DNA of 64,000 bases from Methanotrichaceae archaeon (GCA_963748825.1 CAVVKN010000018.1:87493-151492); one strand, 5' to 3'. Positions 20,077 to 30,405 are shown, numbered from the stretch's first letter. The notes: generated by a model not told the origin, from the letters alone. Numbers and translations are program-made.

Positions 20077-21213
20077 ATGGTCTCTGCGCGGATGGCCTCC
20101 ATTAACGAATCAACCACATTGAAGATCTCGGCTATGGCCAAAAAGCTAGCTGCCGGTGGCCAGGACATCATAGATATGGGTGTGGGAGAGCCCGATTTCG
20201 ATACCCCTAAGCATATTGTTGAGGCGGGCTGCAGTTCCATCAGAAATGGCGAGACGCGCTACGCTCCCACGGGGGGCATTCCCGAACTGCGACGGGCCAT
20301 TGCCGAGAAGCTCTCCCGGGAAAATTCGCTTCACGCTACGGCTGATGATGTCATTGTAACACCCGGCGCCAAGATGGCCGTATTTGCCGCTATCCAGGCG
20401 CTCCTCCAGGAGGGTGATGAGTGCCTCCTCATCGGACCTTCCTGGGTGAGCTACGAGCCCTGTGTGGCCTTTGCCGGAGGGCGCGTCGCCTGGGGAAAAG
20501 TAGATGGCAATTTTATGCCCCAGAACCTGGCGGAAAATATCAATTCCAAGACGCGACTCGTCATTGTCAACTCTCCCTCCAATCCCACTGGATCTGTTTT
20601 CGACCGCAAGGTGCTGGAGGAGATTCGCGATCTGGCCGTGGATCACAACCTATTTGTCATTTCCGACGAAATTTATGAGAAGATAATTTACGATCACGAG
20701 CACATCAGCATAGGCTCAATGCCGGGAATGGAAGATAAAACCGTGACTATCAACGGTTTCTCCAAGGTTTATGCCATGACCGGATGGCGTCTTGGGTACC
20801 TTACCGGCCCCAAAGAGACCATGAAATGGGTAGTCAGACTACTTTCCCACTCAGTCTCCCAGGCTACAACCTTTGTGCAGCGCGCCGGTGTTGCTGCGAT
20901 GCAAGGGCCACAAGATGAAGTTGCTTCCATGGCGACGGAGTTTCGGGCGCGCCGGGATATGCTGGTTTCAGGTCTGAAGGATTTAGGAATACCTTGCAGC
21001 GTACCTGGGGGGGCTTTCTACGTCTTCCCGAATGTATCCGGTTTAGGCGGCGGGGATGCTTTCACCGATAAGCTGCTCAAAGATGCCCTCATTGCGGCCA
21101 CGCCCGGATCGGCCTTCGGGCCAGGAGGCGCAAATTATGTCCGGCTCTCCTATGCTATATCACAAAGTCGAATCAAACAGGCTCTGGAAAGGATAGAGAA
21201 GATCTTGCATTAA
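20077..21213 (+). CDS. PLP-dependent class I/II (aspartate) aminotransferase
   Basis: GEPDFDTP, NSPSNPTG, SDEIY, GFSKVYAMTGWRLG. Confidence 0.92.
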   Translation: MVSARMASINESTTLKISAMAKKLAAGGQDIIDMGVGEPDFDTPKHIVEAGCSSIRNGETRYAPTGGIPELRRAIAEKLSRENSLHATADDVIVTPGAKMAVFAAIQALLQEGDECLLIGPSWVSYEPCVAFAGGRVAWGKVDGNFMPQNLAENINSKTRLVIVNSPSNPTGSVFDRKVLEEIRDLAVDHNLFVISDEIYEKIIYDHEHISIGSMPGMEDKTVTINGFSKVYAMTGWRLGYLTGPKETMKWVVRLLSHSVSQATTFVQRAGVAAMQGPQDEVASMATEFRARRDMLVSGLKDLGIPCSVPGGAFYVFPNVSGLGGGDAFTDKLLKDALIAATPGSAFGPGGANYVRLSYAISQSRIKQALERIEKILH

Positions 21214-21289
21214 GAGAAAAAATAATCATTTTTTTTAATTTTATTTTATTATGATGTTTTTATGTTATTAAGCCACCCAGTCAAAACTA

Positions 21290-22045
21290 TCATTGGCCAA
21301 CTGCACATGCGGAATTTGATTGTTTTAGCCTTTTTAGTGCTTGCAGGCTCTCAATCACTGCTTTTTCCGTCTTCTGCTCTAGAGCGGCAGAGATATTCCT
21401 CTCCTCTATTATCTTCAGCACAGGTTGCAGGTCAATGCAGCCTTGCCCGAGAGCCAGGTGTTCATCACCTTTTCCAGAGTTATCATGCAGGTGGATGTGC
21501 GTCAGGGCTGGATGGCTTAAGAATTCCAGCAATGTGCCGCAGGTATTGGCGTGGCCCACGTCCAGCACTAAGCCCATGCCGTGTAGATCCAAGTCAGGCT
21601 TGCTAAAGAAGAGCCAATCGCTCTTGGGCATATTCTCCACAGCCAAGCGGATGCCCAGCTCTTCCTGCAAAGGTGCAAGTTCTCCCAGCGACTGTTCAAG
21701 GCAGAGAAGTGCTTCTCGCCAGCAGAAGCTCCAGGGGGTATAGCCGGGGTGGATAATGTAAAGCTCGGCTCCCGTAGATGCGCTGGCAGCAATGGCTCGG
21801 CGGTGCAGATTCACTGATGCCTCCCGAAATTCCGGGTAGATACTGGCGATATTTATGTCGGCAATCAGCCCGTGCACGCTGTATTTCATGGAGAATGATG
21901 ATGCTGCATCCTGGTTCTCGGGACGAAAAAGGCTGTGCCTGGCCTCACAGAGTATCTCGGCTCGATCGGAAAGCTCTGAGATTCTCTCCAGAGCTTGCTC
22001 TAGCGGCTGATCCAGGTAGGCCCAGGTAGAGATTGCAAGCTTCAT
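21290..22045 (-). CDS. Sugar phosphate isomerase/epimerase (AP endonuclease 2 TIM barrel) family protein
   Basis: IHPG, LAVENMP, LDVGHA, HIHLHDNSGKGDEHLALGQG; likely start ATG 22045. Confidence 0.85.
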   Translation of the reverse strand: MKLAISTWAYLDQPLEQALERISELSDRAEILCEARHSLFRPENQDAASSFSMKYSVHGLIADINIASIYPEFREASVNLHRRAIAASASTGAELYIIHPGYTPWSFCWREALLCLEQSLGELAPLQEELGIRLAVENMPKSDWLFFSKPDLDLHGMGLVLDVGHANTCGTLLEFLSHPALTHIHLHDNSGKGDEHLALGQGCIDLQPVLKIIEERNISAALEQKTEKAVIESLQALKRLKQSNSACAVGQ

Positions 22046-22200
22046 ATCACTTGATCGAGTCAGAATGAAGAACTGGTATATTATTGCTATTGTGTCTCCA
22101 GCCAAATCCCTGATGAGCACTCCTGCTAGAAAATGCTAACGATTATTCAGGCACGCCAACCTTAATAAAGAAGCCTTCCAAGAATCTAGCGTGGTATACC

Positions 22201-23451
22201 ATGTCATTTCAGATCGAGAAGATTCATGCTCGTGAGATCCTTGACTCACGAGGAAACCCGACTATAGAAGTCGATCTTTACACCTGTTGCGGCTTTGGGC
22301 GCGCGGCTGTGCCCTCGGGTGCCTCCACAGGCACGCACGAGGCTTTGGAGCTACGCGATGGAGGAGACAGGTATGACGGCAAGGGTGTCCTCAAGGCTGT
22401 CAAGAATGTCAATGAGGTCATTGCACCAGAGATGCTGGGCATGAATGCCTCTGCTCAGAGGGAGATCGATGATTTCATGATCGAGATGGACGGCACACCT
22501 AATAAGTCCAATCTGGGCGCTAATGCCATCTTAGCCGTTTCTTTGGCCGCGGCCAAGGCGGCTGCATCCTCCGCGGAAATGCCGCTCTACAAGTACCTGG
22601 GCGGAGTGAATACCTCTCGCCTGCCCATTCCTTCCTTCAACGTTCTCAACGGAGGCCAGCATGCCGGCAATAATCTCTCCATCCAGGAATTCATGATTCA
22701 GCCCACCGGTGCCAGGACATTCAGCGAGGGCCTGCGCATGGCTGTTGAGACTTATCATGCTCTGGGCAAGATTTTAAAGGGCAAGTACGGTGTGGGCGCA
22801 ACCAACGTCGGCTACGAAGGTGGCTATGCACCGCCGCTGGTGAGGACCCGCGATGCACTGGATGCCATCATGAGCGCTCTTGATGTCAGCGGATATGGCG
22901 AGGAGATCAAGATCGGCCTGGACTCGGCGGCCTCCAGTTTCTACATGGAAGGCGGCTACTCCGTGGACGGAAACCGGCTCACGCCCGGAGAGCTGATCGA
23001 TTACTATGTAGATCTGGTCAAGACCTACCCCATAATTCTGCTGGAAGACCCCTTCGAGGAGGAGGCGTATGACAGCTTTGCCGAGCTTACTGCCAAGCTG
23101 CCGGGCACGATAATAGTAGGAGACGACCTTTACGTGACCAACATAAAACGCCTGGAGAAGGGTATCAAGATGCATGCCGGCAACGCCCTGCTGCTCAAGC
23201 TAAACCAGATTGGCTCCGTCTCCGAGGCCTTTGATGCGGCACGCATGGCCTTCCGGGCGGGCTGGAAGGTCATGGCCTCCCACCGCTCGGCAGAGACAGA
23301 GGACGCCGCTCTGGCCGACGTGGCTGTAGCTTTGGGCTGCGAGCTGCTCAAGACCGGCGCTCCGGCCCGCTCCGAGAGGACGGCCAAGTACAACCAGCTT
23401 CTCCGAATACAGGAGCAGCTGGACGAGGCGGCGGAATACGCCGTCATTTAG
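22201..23451 (+). CDS. eno: Enolase
   Basis: REILDSRGNPT, VPSGASTG, LLKLNQIG, SHRSAET, RSERTAKYNQLLRI. Confidence 0.97.
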   Translation: MSFQIEKIHAREILDSRGNPTIEVDLYTCCGFGRAAVPSGASTGTHEALELRDGGDRYDGKGVLKAVKNVNEVIAPEMLGMNASAQREIDDFMIEMDGTPNKSNLGANAILAVSLAAAKAAASSAEMPLYKYLGGVNTSRLPIPSFNVLNGGQHAGNNLSIQEFMIQPTGARTFSEGLRMAVETYHALGKILKGKYGVGATNVGYEGGYAPPLVRTRDALDAIMSALDVSGYGEEIKIGLDSAASSFYMEGGYSVDGNRLTPGELIDYYVDLVKTYPIILLEDPFEEEAYDSFAELTAKLPGTIIVGDDLYVTNIKRLEKGIKMHAGNALLLKLNQIGSVSEAFDAARMAFRAGWKVMASHRSAETEDAALADVAVALGCELLKTGAPARSERTAKYNQLLRIQEQLDEAAEYAVI

Positions 23452-23713
23452 ATCTTTTTTGTTGGCTTTTCCCAGGAAATTGGGACGACTCATTTTTTCT
23501 GGTTCTAGTCATCTATGTATGTTGTTCCATTTCAGCAACTTAACACCTAAGAACATGTATTTTGCAGTCCAGTTAACTTGTCACAGAAGGCAGAGACTGG
23601 AAATACCATTGTTGTTGAGGCGGAGTTACATGGGGGATGAGATGCACGAGGCTCTTAGGATCGGCCTTATGGAGAGATCCTGATGTGCCGCCTCTCTTTT
23701 GCCCCAAAAAATT

Positions 23714-24115
23714 TTAAAACAGAGTGCTCCTCGGCTCTTTGACCATGGCTACCGGCCTTCCCGAGAGCTGGGCCAGAAGCCACGGGTCTACGTTTAAGCT
23801 ATCCTGGGATTGAGATTTGCTTGAATCCGTTCGATTTATGAAGATCGGAGTATAGTCCGAATAGCTGTTGGGATAGTACCATTGAGGCTCAGTTCCCGGT
23901 GGGTAGAGGGTGCCGTTATGAAGCGCGAATCCCTTGGGTGCACTGCCCCAGTTCCATAGGTTGTTGGCAATTTCCAGGGTACTTATCGGCTTGCTCCCGT
24001 ACGTCTCCAGCCATGAAGTCCCAAAGTCGTCACCGACACTTTGAAATCCATAAGATAGTGGTATGCATATCAAGCTGGCGCATATGCAGATAATTGCGAC
24101 CAATGAAGCTCTCAT
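23714..24115 (-). CDS. Secreted hypothetical protein
   Basis: 133 aa; signal peptide; LWNWGSAPKG motif. Confidence 0.65.
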   Translation of the reverse strand: MRASLVAIICICASLICIPLSYGFQSVGDDFGTSWLETYGSKPISTLEIANNLWNWGSAPKGFALHNGTLYPPGTEPQWYYPNSYSDYTPIFINRTDSSKSQSQDSLNVDPWLLAQLSGRPVAMVKEPRSTLF

Positions 24116-24216
24116 CTCATCTCCCCTAAATTATTACCTTTGGTTTTTATTAAATTGGTGGTTGGCTTGGCCGAATTTTCGATCAAATGGTTTCCTTTCA
24201 GTATAGGCATTTCCCC

Positions 24217-24555
24217 TTAATATCCCATGTGGTTCATCCTGAGGACGGCATAGGTCTCGGCGCTCTTGGGATCATAATTGGGCGGCAATGGAGCCGTAGG
24301 GGGCTTGGAACCCCAGTCGGAGAGATTTTTTGAGGCATTTGTCAGATCCTGAAACAATGAGTTTCCGTCGTCTCCGCCAAGATGCAGGACAGAAGCATTC
24401 TGCGAGAGGTTTAGCGATGAATTGCTGGTCGAATTGTTTGTCAATCCTCCTAAGATCAGATTCCCGTCTCTGCCCCCGAGATTGACCAATGGTCTGCTTT
24501 GGGCCAAAAAGACTAGTGCCAGCAGTAGTACTAGAATCAATATCGTTCGTTTCAT
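24217..24555 (-). CDS. Secreted hypothetical protein
   Basis: Signal peptide MKRTILILVLLL; internal repeat xLGGxDGN; LSDWGSKP resembles the neighbour's WGSAP motif. Confidence 0.6.
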   Translation of the reverse strand: MKRTILILVLLLALVFLAQSRPLVNLGGRDGNLILGGLTNNSTSNSSLNLSQNASVLHLGGDDGNSLFQDLTNASKNLSDWGSKPPTAPLPPNYDPKSAETYAVLRMNHMGY

Positions 24556-24739
24556 TCCATTCCCCAGATGAGTCATCTATGCAGTGGCTTAAATACGCTG
24601 CGCTATAGAAAATCGCGATTTAGTGCTTTGCAGCTTTCTTTTCAGATTATTTTGAACCAGTATTTTATAATTTAATATAAATAAATAATATTAATTAAAA
24701 ATAGAAGCAGACATTTCGCCTGCTTACGACCTGCCATCT

Positions 24740-25315
24740 CTAATAAACTTCGCCAAAAACCTCAAAGTATGCCTGCTCATGCTTGCAAGCCGGGCACTCT
24801 TCCGGAGCAACATTGCCCTCATGCATATACCCGCAATTGCGGCATCTCCAGACTACCTTGCCGCTTCTCTTGAAGGCAATGCCTTCATCGAGATTCTTTT
24901 TCAGGGAAAGATATCTTCTTTCATGCCCTTTTTCGGCGGCAGCTATGTTGAGGAAGGTTGTAGCAATCTCTGGGAAGCCCTCAGACTTTGCCATCTCTGC
25001 AAAGGATGTATACATCTCTGAGTATTCGTATCGCTCGCCATCTGCAGCTTCTTTTAAATTGGCAATAGTATCTGCAATGACTCCCGCTGGAAAGCGTGCC
25101 GAAACCTCTGCATCTCCTCCCTCCAGCAGCTTGAAAAGAACTTTAGCATGCTCTTTTTCATTATCGGCGGTGTCAAGGAAGATGGCAGCAATCTGCTCAT
25201 ATCCTTCTTTCTTTGCCTGAGAAGCAAAATATGTGTATCTATTCCTGGCCTGTGACTCACCGGCAAATGCTGTCATCAGATTTTTCTCGGTCTGAGTACC
25301 TTTAATGCTCTTCAT
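24740..25315 (-). CDS. rbr: Rubrerythrin
   Basis: AFAGESQARNRY, EKEHA, EKGHE, CRNCGY...CPAC. Confidence 0.95.
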   Translation of the reverse strand: MKSIKGTQTEKNLMTAFAGESQARNRYTYFASQAKKEGYEQIAAIFLDTADNEKEHAKVLFKLLEGGDAEVSARFPAGVIADTIANLKEAADGERYEYSEMYTSFAEMAKSEGFPEIATTFLNIAAAEKGHERRYLSLKKNLDEGIAFKRSGKVVWRCRNCGYMHEGNVAPEECPACKHEQAYFEVFGEVY

Positions 25316-25708
25316 TCTTATTTCTCCTGAAATGCTTACTGATCTACCTGTAATCTTTTATAAGATTCCCATCCCTCGCATTAAAATTTTGCATTATTTG
25401 CCCGCTTTAGTGCTGAATTTGATCTGAGGATGCAGGGGGAAACCTGTGCTCTAGATAGAAGGATCGCAGGTAGCGATTGTTTTCGCTAGCAACGGATCGC
25501 GAACTTGCATGGCACAGATTTTCGCTCAAAAAATAAGGGGACAAATAAGAAGAGTACGCCGGAAATGATACATCTCTGATCAATTGATGCCTGCAAAGTG
25601 ATTTCTGTGGGCCGTAATCTTTTTAACCGTTTCCGTGGCTCAAAGTTCGAGGCCAAACGCGACGAAGGCTAAAAGCTGCCGCAAAAACGGGCCATATGTA
25701 GGTTTTCC

Positions 25709-25957
25709 ATGTTAGACGGATGGATTAGACGAAGGATCTTCTGGTATCTAAAGAAAAAGCAAATTTTGGCGTGGCGGACTAAGAGGGGCGGAGAGTGTGT
25801 CCGGTGCGGCAAATGCTGTGAGTTTTGCCTCGCCCACGACGCTAAAAATAAGCGCTGCAGGATATACAGCATCCGGCCCGCTATATGTAAAGCCTTCCCG
25901 CTGACGCCAGAGGATTTAAATAAAGTCCATACCTGCGGATTTCATTTTAAAAAATAG
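25709..25957 (+). CDS. YkgJ-like cysteine-cluster (CxxCxxCC) protein
   Basis: CVRCGKCC...CRIYSIRPAICKAFP. Confidence 0.7.
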   Translation: MLDGWIRRRIFWYLKKKQILAWRTKRGGECVRCGKCCEFCLAHDAKNKRCRIYSIRPAICKAFPLTPEDLNKVHTCGFHFKK

Positions 25958-26156
25958 GTTTTATTAAAGCCTAGGAGCCTCTTCTGCAAGGTCTGCATTT
26001 TGCCATCATTATATTGCCTTGTCACCGCGAGAGGTCAAATACCACAAGGCTTAAGTGCCTTTCACACGTTTCGTATGTTCTGTTAAATCCGAACAAATGT
26101 GAACTAAGAGATAAGAGCCAAAAGCTAATTGACGCAGCGATAGCTGGAGATCTTTC

Positions 26157-26573
26157 ATGGACAAAATAAGCGGAGCATGCTGGAAAGACAGATTTTGGGC
26201 CTGGTTGATTGACGTCCTTCTCATGGGCATCCTCTGGTCCAGATTCATGACCATTTCGACAGCAAACAGCCTAAGTCCAAGCGGCCTAATTTTGCTGATG
26301 GCTCTTCTCTTCGTCTACTGGACGGTCCTGGAAGGCTACCGTGGTCAGTCCCTGGGAAAGATGCTCTTGAATATCGTAGTAGTAGGCCCGGAGGGCGAGA
26401 AGATCGGATTTAGAGATTCGGCTCTGGAGAGCCTGGGAAAGGCCTTCTTGCTTCCGCTTGACTGTCTAATTGGATGGATTGTTTATAAAGGCCAGGGGCA
26501 AAGGGCCTTCAATAAATTCTCCAACACCGTTGTCGCCTCTGCCAATGAGGTGAAGTGGTGCACGCAAATGTGA
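26157..26573 (+). CDS. RDD-family membrane protein
   Basis: RFWAWLID, GQSLGKMLLNI, QRAFNK. Confidence 0.85.
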   Translation: MDKISGACWKDRFWAWLIDVLLMGILWSRFMTISTANSLSPSGLILLMALLFVYWTVLEGYRGQSLGKMLLNIVVVGPEGEKIGFRDSALESLGKAFLLPLDCLIGWIVYKGQGQRAFNKFSNTVVASANEVKWCTQM

Positions 26574-26647
26574 TTTGGGGTCTTAGTGCACTGCAATCTT
26601 AGCAACCTGCAATGCATCGACTGTTGATTGCACCGCTGCCGTGCACC

Positions 26648-27577
26648 TCATTGCTCTGCTCTCTGCTTCACAGCACCTATCTCCAGTTCATCCCTCTTGA
26701 GCATGTGCACCTCTACCATGTGATGGGGATGATAGCGTGTCTTTGCCTCTCGGATGCCTTCCACGCCCATGTCGCTCTCCCGGTTGATGTAGATATAATC
26801 GCGTGCCAGGATCTTGGCAGTCTCAGCATTGACTGCGCGGTAGATTCCTTTGCAATCGGGAAGACCCTTCTCGAAATGCACCAGTGCCGTATCGTTGTTC
26901 AGTCCTTCAAAGAAGGACATAGCCCCGATCTTACCTTCGGCTCGGATGGCAAGGCCGGAGAGCTGCAGCTCTTCATAGTGAGATAAAGCAAAGGACACGG
27001 CGTCTTTTTCGCTGGCGAGCACAGGATCGGAATCGCAGTCCTTCCAATCGCACCACTGATCCAGAAAATCCTTGATCTCGCCCAGATTATCTTCGTTGAT
27101 TGTCTCGATATGGGGCATGCAGGTCTTCTGGAATTTGTTAAGCTGATGCCTGATGGTCAGATATTTCTTGCCCGGCAATTCCGCCAGATCCGAGGCCAGA
27201 TAGACATATTCGAAGTATCTTCTCTCCGCATGAAATTGCAGGTCCGGATAAAGCCCCGCCATCCATCCTTTCGTCTCCGGGTCCAGGATCACGAAGGGTT
27301 GCTCCTCTTCGCTCTCAGCAGCAAGCCTCAGCACCTCGGCCAAGAGTTCGGGATTGCGAGGGCCGATGGGCGGGCGATAGCGCGTCTTTCCTGCAATGGT
27401 GCTGCAAAGGACGATACAGCCTTCCACGTAGGCGTACCTGTAATGGGCATAATCATTCCAGCAGACCATGTTGGTGAAGGTATTGTCGCTGTGAACCTGT
27501 GGATAGTTCAGGTAATGCTTACGAAAGAATTCCCGGTCCGAGAGAGTGACGGGCTTGAAGTCGGCGGCACTCAGCAT
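26648..27577 (-). CDS. DUF2156-domain (aminoacyl-transferase-like, GNAT fold) protein
   Basis: YVYLASDLAELPGKKY, VHFEKG, INRESDMGVEGIREAKTRYHP. Confidence 0.85.
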   Translation of the reverse strand: MLSAADFKPVTLSDREFFRKHYLNYPQVHSDNTFTNMVCWNDYAHYRYAYVEGCIVLCSTIAGKTRYRPPIGPRNPELLAEVLRLAAESEEEQPFVILDPETKGWMAGLYPDLQFHAERRYFEYVYLASDLAELPGKKYLTIRHQLNKFQKTCMPHIETINEDNLGEIKDFLDQWCDWKDCDSDPVLASEKDAVSFALSHYEELQLSGLAIRAEGKIGAMSFFEGLNNDTALVHFEKGLPDCKGIYRAVNAETAKILARDYIYINRESDMGVEGIREAKTRYHPHHMVEVHMLKRDELEIGAVKQRAEQ

Positions 27578-28035
27578 CCTTTTGCCTCCTCATGAAAGAG
27601 CATGGGCACATGCCCGGGCATGGGCGCAAATCCATGGGATCGATAAAACTCCTCATTTCCCGGCTCGGCTATCAGGCCTATCCAGGTGATCTTACGAAAT
27701 TTGCACTCCTCCAAGAGCATGGTGAGAATCATTGTTCCCACCCCCCGGCTCCTCCAGTCACCTTGCACCACGAGATCCTGAATATACGCATCTGCAATCC
27801 CATCAGAAATCACACGGCCCATTCCCACGGCCCTGCCGGTAGAAATATCAATCGCTACGGCGAATAGAAAGCTTCCAAGGATCAAATCGTTGATTTTGCT
27901 CGCATCCATCTCCTCCTTCCACCAGCCTGCAGCTCGATAAAGATCCACTATCTGATCCTCATGCCAGGATCGCACGAGATCGACCCTGAATGAATTATTA
28001 TTTGATTTTTCTTTCTGCGATTTATCTTCCGTCAA
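27571..28035 (-). CDS. GNAT-family N-acetyltransferase
   Basis: GMGRVISDG, IQDLVV..WRSRGVG, FYRSHGF. Confidence 0.88.
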   Translation of the reverse strand: MTEDKSQKEKSNNNSFRVDLVRSWHEDQIVDLYRAAGWWKEEMDASKINDLILGSFLFAVAIDISTGRAVGMGRVISDGIADAYIQDLVVQGDWRSRGVGTMILTMLLEECKFRKITWIGLIAEPGNEEFYRSHGFAPMPGHVPMLFHEEAKGC

Positions 28036-28069
28036 TTTAGGCTTCTCCTTCGCCGTATTCGTTTGTTCT

Positions 28070-28600
28070 TTAACTTATCCACTTCAAGACCACATTTTCT
28101 TCTCTCTTGGGGGCTTTCTGATCGAGTTTGACTGGATAGCCGAAGATAAGACAGCCCGCCAGCTTGCAAACAGACGGAACGCCCAGATCATCCATAACTG
28201 CCTGCACCTGGCCTAATGGAGCGCCAAGACCAATCCAGCAGCTTCCAATTCCCAGTGATCGGGCCGCTAGCATCATGTTCTCCGCCGCGAGAACGCAGTC
28301 GATCTGTGGGGAGAATGCGTCGGGATCTGAGAATATCATTATCAGAAGTGGGGCATTAAAGAAGATATTGAAGCCCGGTCGGGACACCATGTTGGCCAGA
28401 GCAATCAATTCCGGCTTGGAGGCCTTGGCATCCAGCTCCATCCACAGCTCTTTGGCTTTGTCGGAGAGTTTATTCATCAGCTCTCTGTCCTTAATGACTA
28501 CAAAGCGCCAGGGCTGCTTGTTGGCCGCGCTTGGTGCATAGGTTCCGGCCCTGATCAGCTCTCGGATCACTTCGTCCGGCACAGCATCGGGAAGATAAGT
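28070..28600 (-). CDS. Nitroreductase family protein, native N-terminus apparently lost
   Basis: APSAANKQPWRFVV, AAENMMLAARSLGIGSCWIG; lacks the usual N-terminal RRSxR motif. Start boundary approximate. Confidence 0.75.
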   Translation of the reverse strand, partial: TYLPDAVPDEVIRELIRAGTYAPSAANKQPWRFVVIKDRELMNKLSDKAKELWMELDAKASKPELIALANMVSRPGFNIFFNAPLLIMIFSDPDAFSPQIDCVLAAENMMLAARSLGIGSCWIGLGAPLGQVQAVMDDLGVPSVCKLAGCLIFGYPVKLDQKAPKREENVVLKWIS

Positions 28601-28659
28601 CAAATATACTAGTACATTCTTCTCAGCCTTTGCTAAATATTGAAGTGCCACGTTAGCAT

Positions 28660-28960
28660 TCTTGAGCATAAATGCAGCCTCCTCCCATGCCTTCTCCAAC
28701 AATGCCTCATGATTCATCGCATCAAACTACTAGTCATATCTTTCGGTATCTCCTTCCCGCTTTTTGGCATCCTTCACCACATATCCAATCTCCATTCCCG
28801 GAACCAGCGATAACCCACATTTCTGATATGCCTTTACCGCCGAAGCCTCTGCACACTTGCGCGAGTAGTTCGTCCTGCTCAATCTTCGATGAATAGCAAA
28901 CACTCTTACATTCACATCTTCAAGCCCATCCATGTATTTCGCGCGAACCTCACCCACTAC
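28660..28960 (-). pseudogene. C-terminal remnant of a family B (PolB2-like) DNA polymerase
   Basis: AIHRRLSRTNYSRKCAEASAV...PGMEIGYVVKDA, continuing after a stop as LLEKAWEEAAF. Confidence 0.55.
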
Positions 28961-29055
28961 ATGGATGCAACACAAGATGTATCATGGTTCATGATCATGA
29001 CTTATATCTTAAAGTCCGCAATATCTTAATAGAAATGCCGCGATAATAAGTTTAT

Positions 29056-29529
29056 ATGCGTGCAGTTAGAATGGGGTTTATCTTGCTTTCCATTTTTCTA
29101 GTGATGAGGCTCGCTACCGCAGCTATGCCAGCCTCATTCTTCCAAGCCATGAACAATATGAAGACGGAAGATACCCTTTGTATTAAAAACTACGATGCAG
29201 GAGCAAGCGTAACCGAATCCTACACGGACTTTGAGTACCTGGACAAGGAAACGCAGATATTGAGCCGCTCTTATAACACCTCTAACAACGAAAATGACAC
29301 TACCCAGGGCAATGCTTCTTTAGAAGTCAAGATAAATTCGAATGCAATAGGTAAGTCCCACTTAGACTGGCAGTCTAAGGACATTATACTCGACTCCTTT
29401 GGTCGTCATGCCACCATTAGCCGCTCTACCGAAGATCTGACTGGTGTATTCAGTATAGAGAAGTTTATTCAACTCTGGTCCAACATCACTCGTGGCGCGG
29501 TCAGCCTGGACTGGCTACCATGCAGCTAG
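29056..29529 (+). CDS. Secreted hypothetical protein
   Basis: 157 aa; signal peptide; CIKNYDAGASVTESYT...EDLTGVFSIEK...WLPCS. Confidence 0.7.
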   Translation: MRAVRMGFILLSIFLVMRLATAAMPASFFQAMNNMKTEDTLCIKNYDAGASVTESYTDFEYLDKETQILSRSYNTSNNENDTTQGNASLEVKINSNAIGKSHLDWQSKDIILDSFGRHATISRSTEDLTGVFSIEKFIQLWSNITRGAVSLDWLPCS

Positions 29530-29795
29530 TTGATTTGATGCTTGAGGGCTAAAAGAGAGACATCCAATCATATGGTTTAAATTCCGGACGAAATCTGCAA
29601 AAAGTCTACAAATCCCCTATAACTATCTTATAAAGGGGAAATGTCTACTTTTTTAGGAATTCTTAGTTGCTTGAAATTTCTTCTTTCGTGCTAAACTTTT
29701 TATATAATATCCCAAAGATCATTAACATCTAAACAAAAGATTTATATCATTTAACAGTAATTATTATATAATCAACCAATTGCTGACCAAGAAGA

Positions 29796-29984
29796 TTGCC
29801 CCTGATACATAGAATGTATCGACTTTCGGGAGGGAGTAGCATAGGCAGACCAAAGAAGAACAAGGAATTACTGATCGGCAGAGAAGGACGAAACGCCATC
29901 GAGCGTGAAGACCTTGCAAGAGAAGCTCTCAGATGGCAACGCCGAAAGCAAACTATCGAAAAATTCAAGGGTATCATTGAGTAA
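29796..29984 (+). CDS. Small basic hypothetical protein (GRPKK motif)
   Basis: 62 aa ORF, start uncertain; basic and helical. Confidence 0.4.
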   Translation: MPLIHRMYRLSGGSSIGRPKKNKELLIGREGRNAIEREDLAREALRWQRRKQTIEKFKGIIE

Positions 29985-29994
29985 CTGAGGAGGT

Positions 29995-30051
29995 AAACGG
30001 CTCAGATGACATGAAGCTTGCGAATAAGAGGGTAGTGGTCCTGAGCCGTTT
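29995..30051 (-). ncRNA. Candidate hairpin small RNA
   Basis: Perfect 11-bp stem AAACGGCTCAG/CTGAGCCGTTT; minus-strand loop contains CCACTACCCTC; minus-strand TTTAAATA at 30077-30084. Confidence 0.45.
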
Positions 30052-30186
30052 ATTACCTAAAGAATACCTCTGATGGTATTTAAACATTATGTATATTTTA
30101 TGTATGTTATAAAAGTCTCTAATCATGATGTCTACGACCTCGATCTAAATTTCGATCAAGGGTATAAGAAAGATGCTTATCGTTCT

Positions 30187-30405
30187 TACGTATCTACGTA
30201 AACTGTTTTGTTCATCTTACGCAGCCGAGATCAATATGCATAGACGGTCTTACGTAGTTTACGTAGCTTTTGAGGAATGAGGAAAAAAGCTGTTTATAAA
30301 GACCATTCGACCTATTTACTTTCTTTTGAAATACTACGTAAATTACGTAATTAGTCTTATTGATATTGATTCTATATACGTAAAGCAATACGTAACTGGT
30401 ACGTA
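30187..30405. repeat. Cluster of nine TACGTA palindromes
   Basis: TACGTA starts at 30187, 30195, 30251, 30260, 30335, 30344, 30377, 30389, 30400. Confidence 0.85.
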
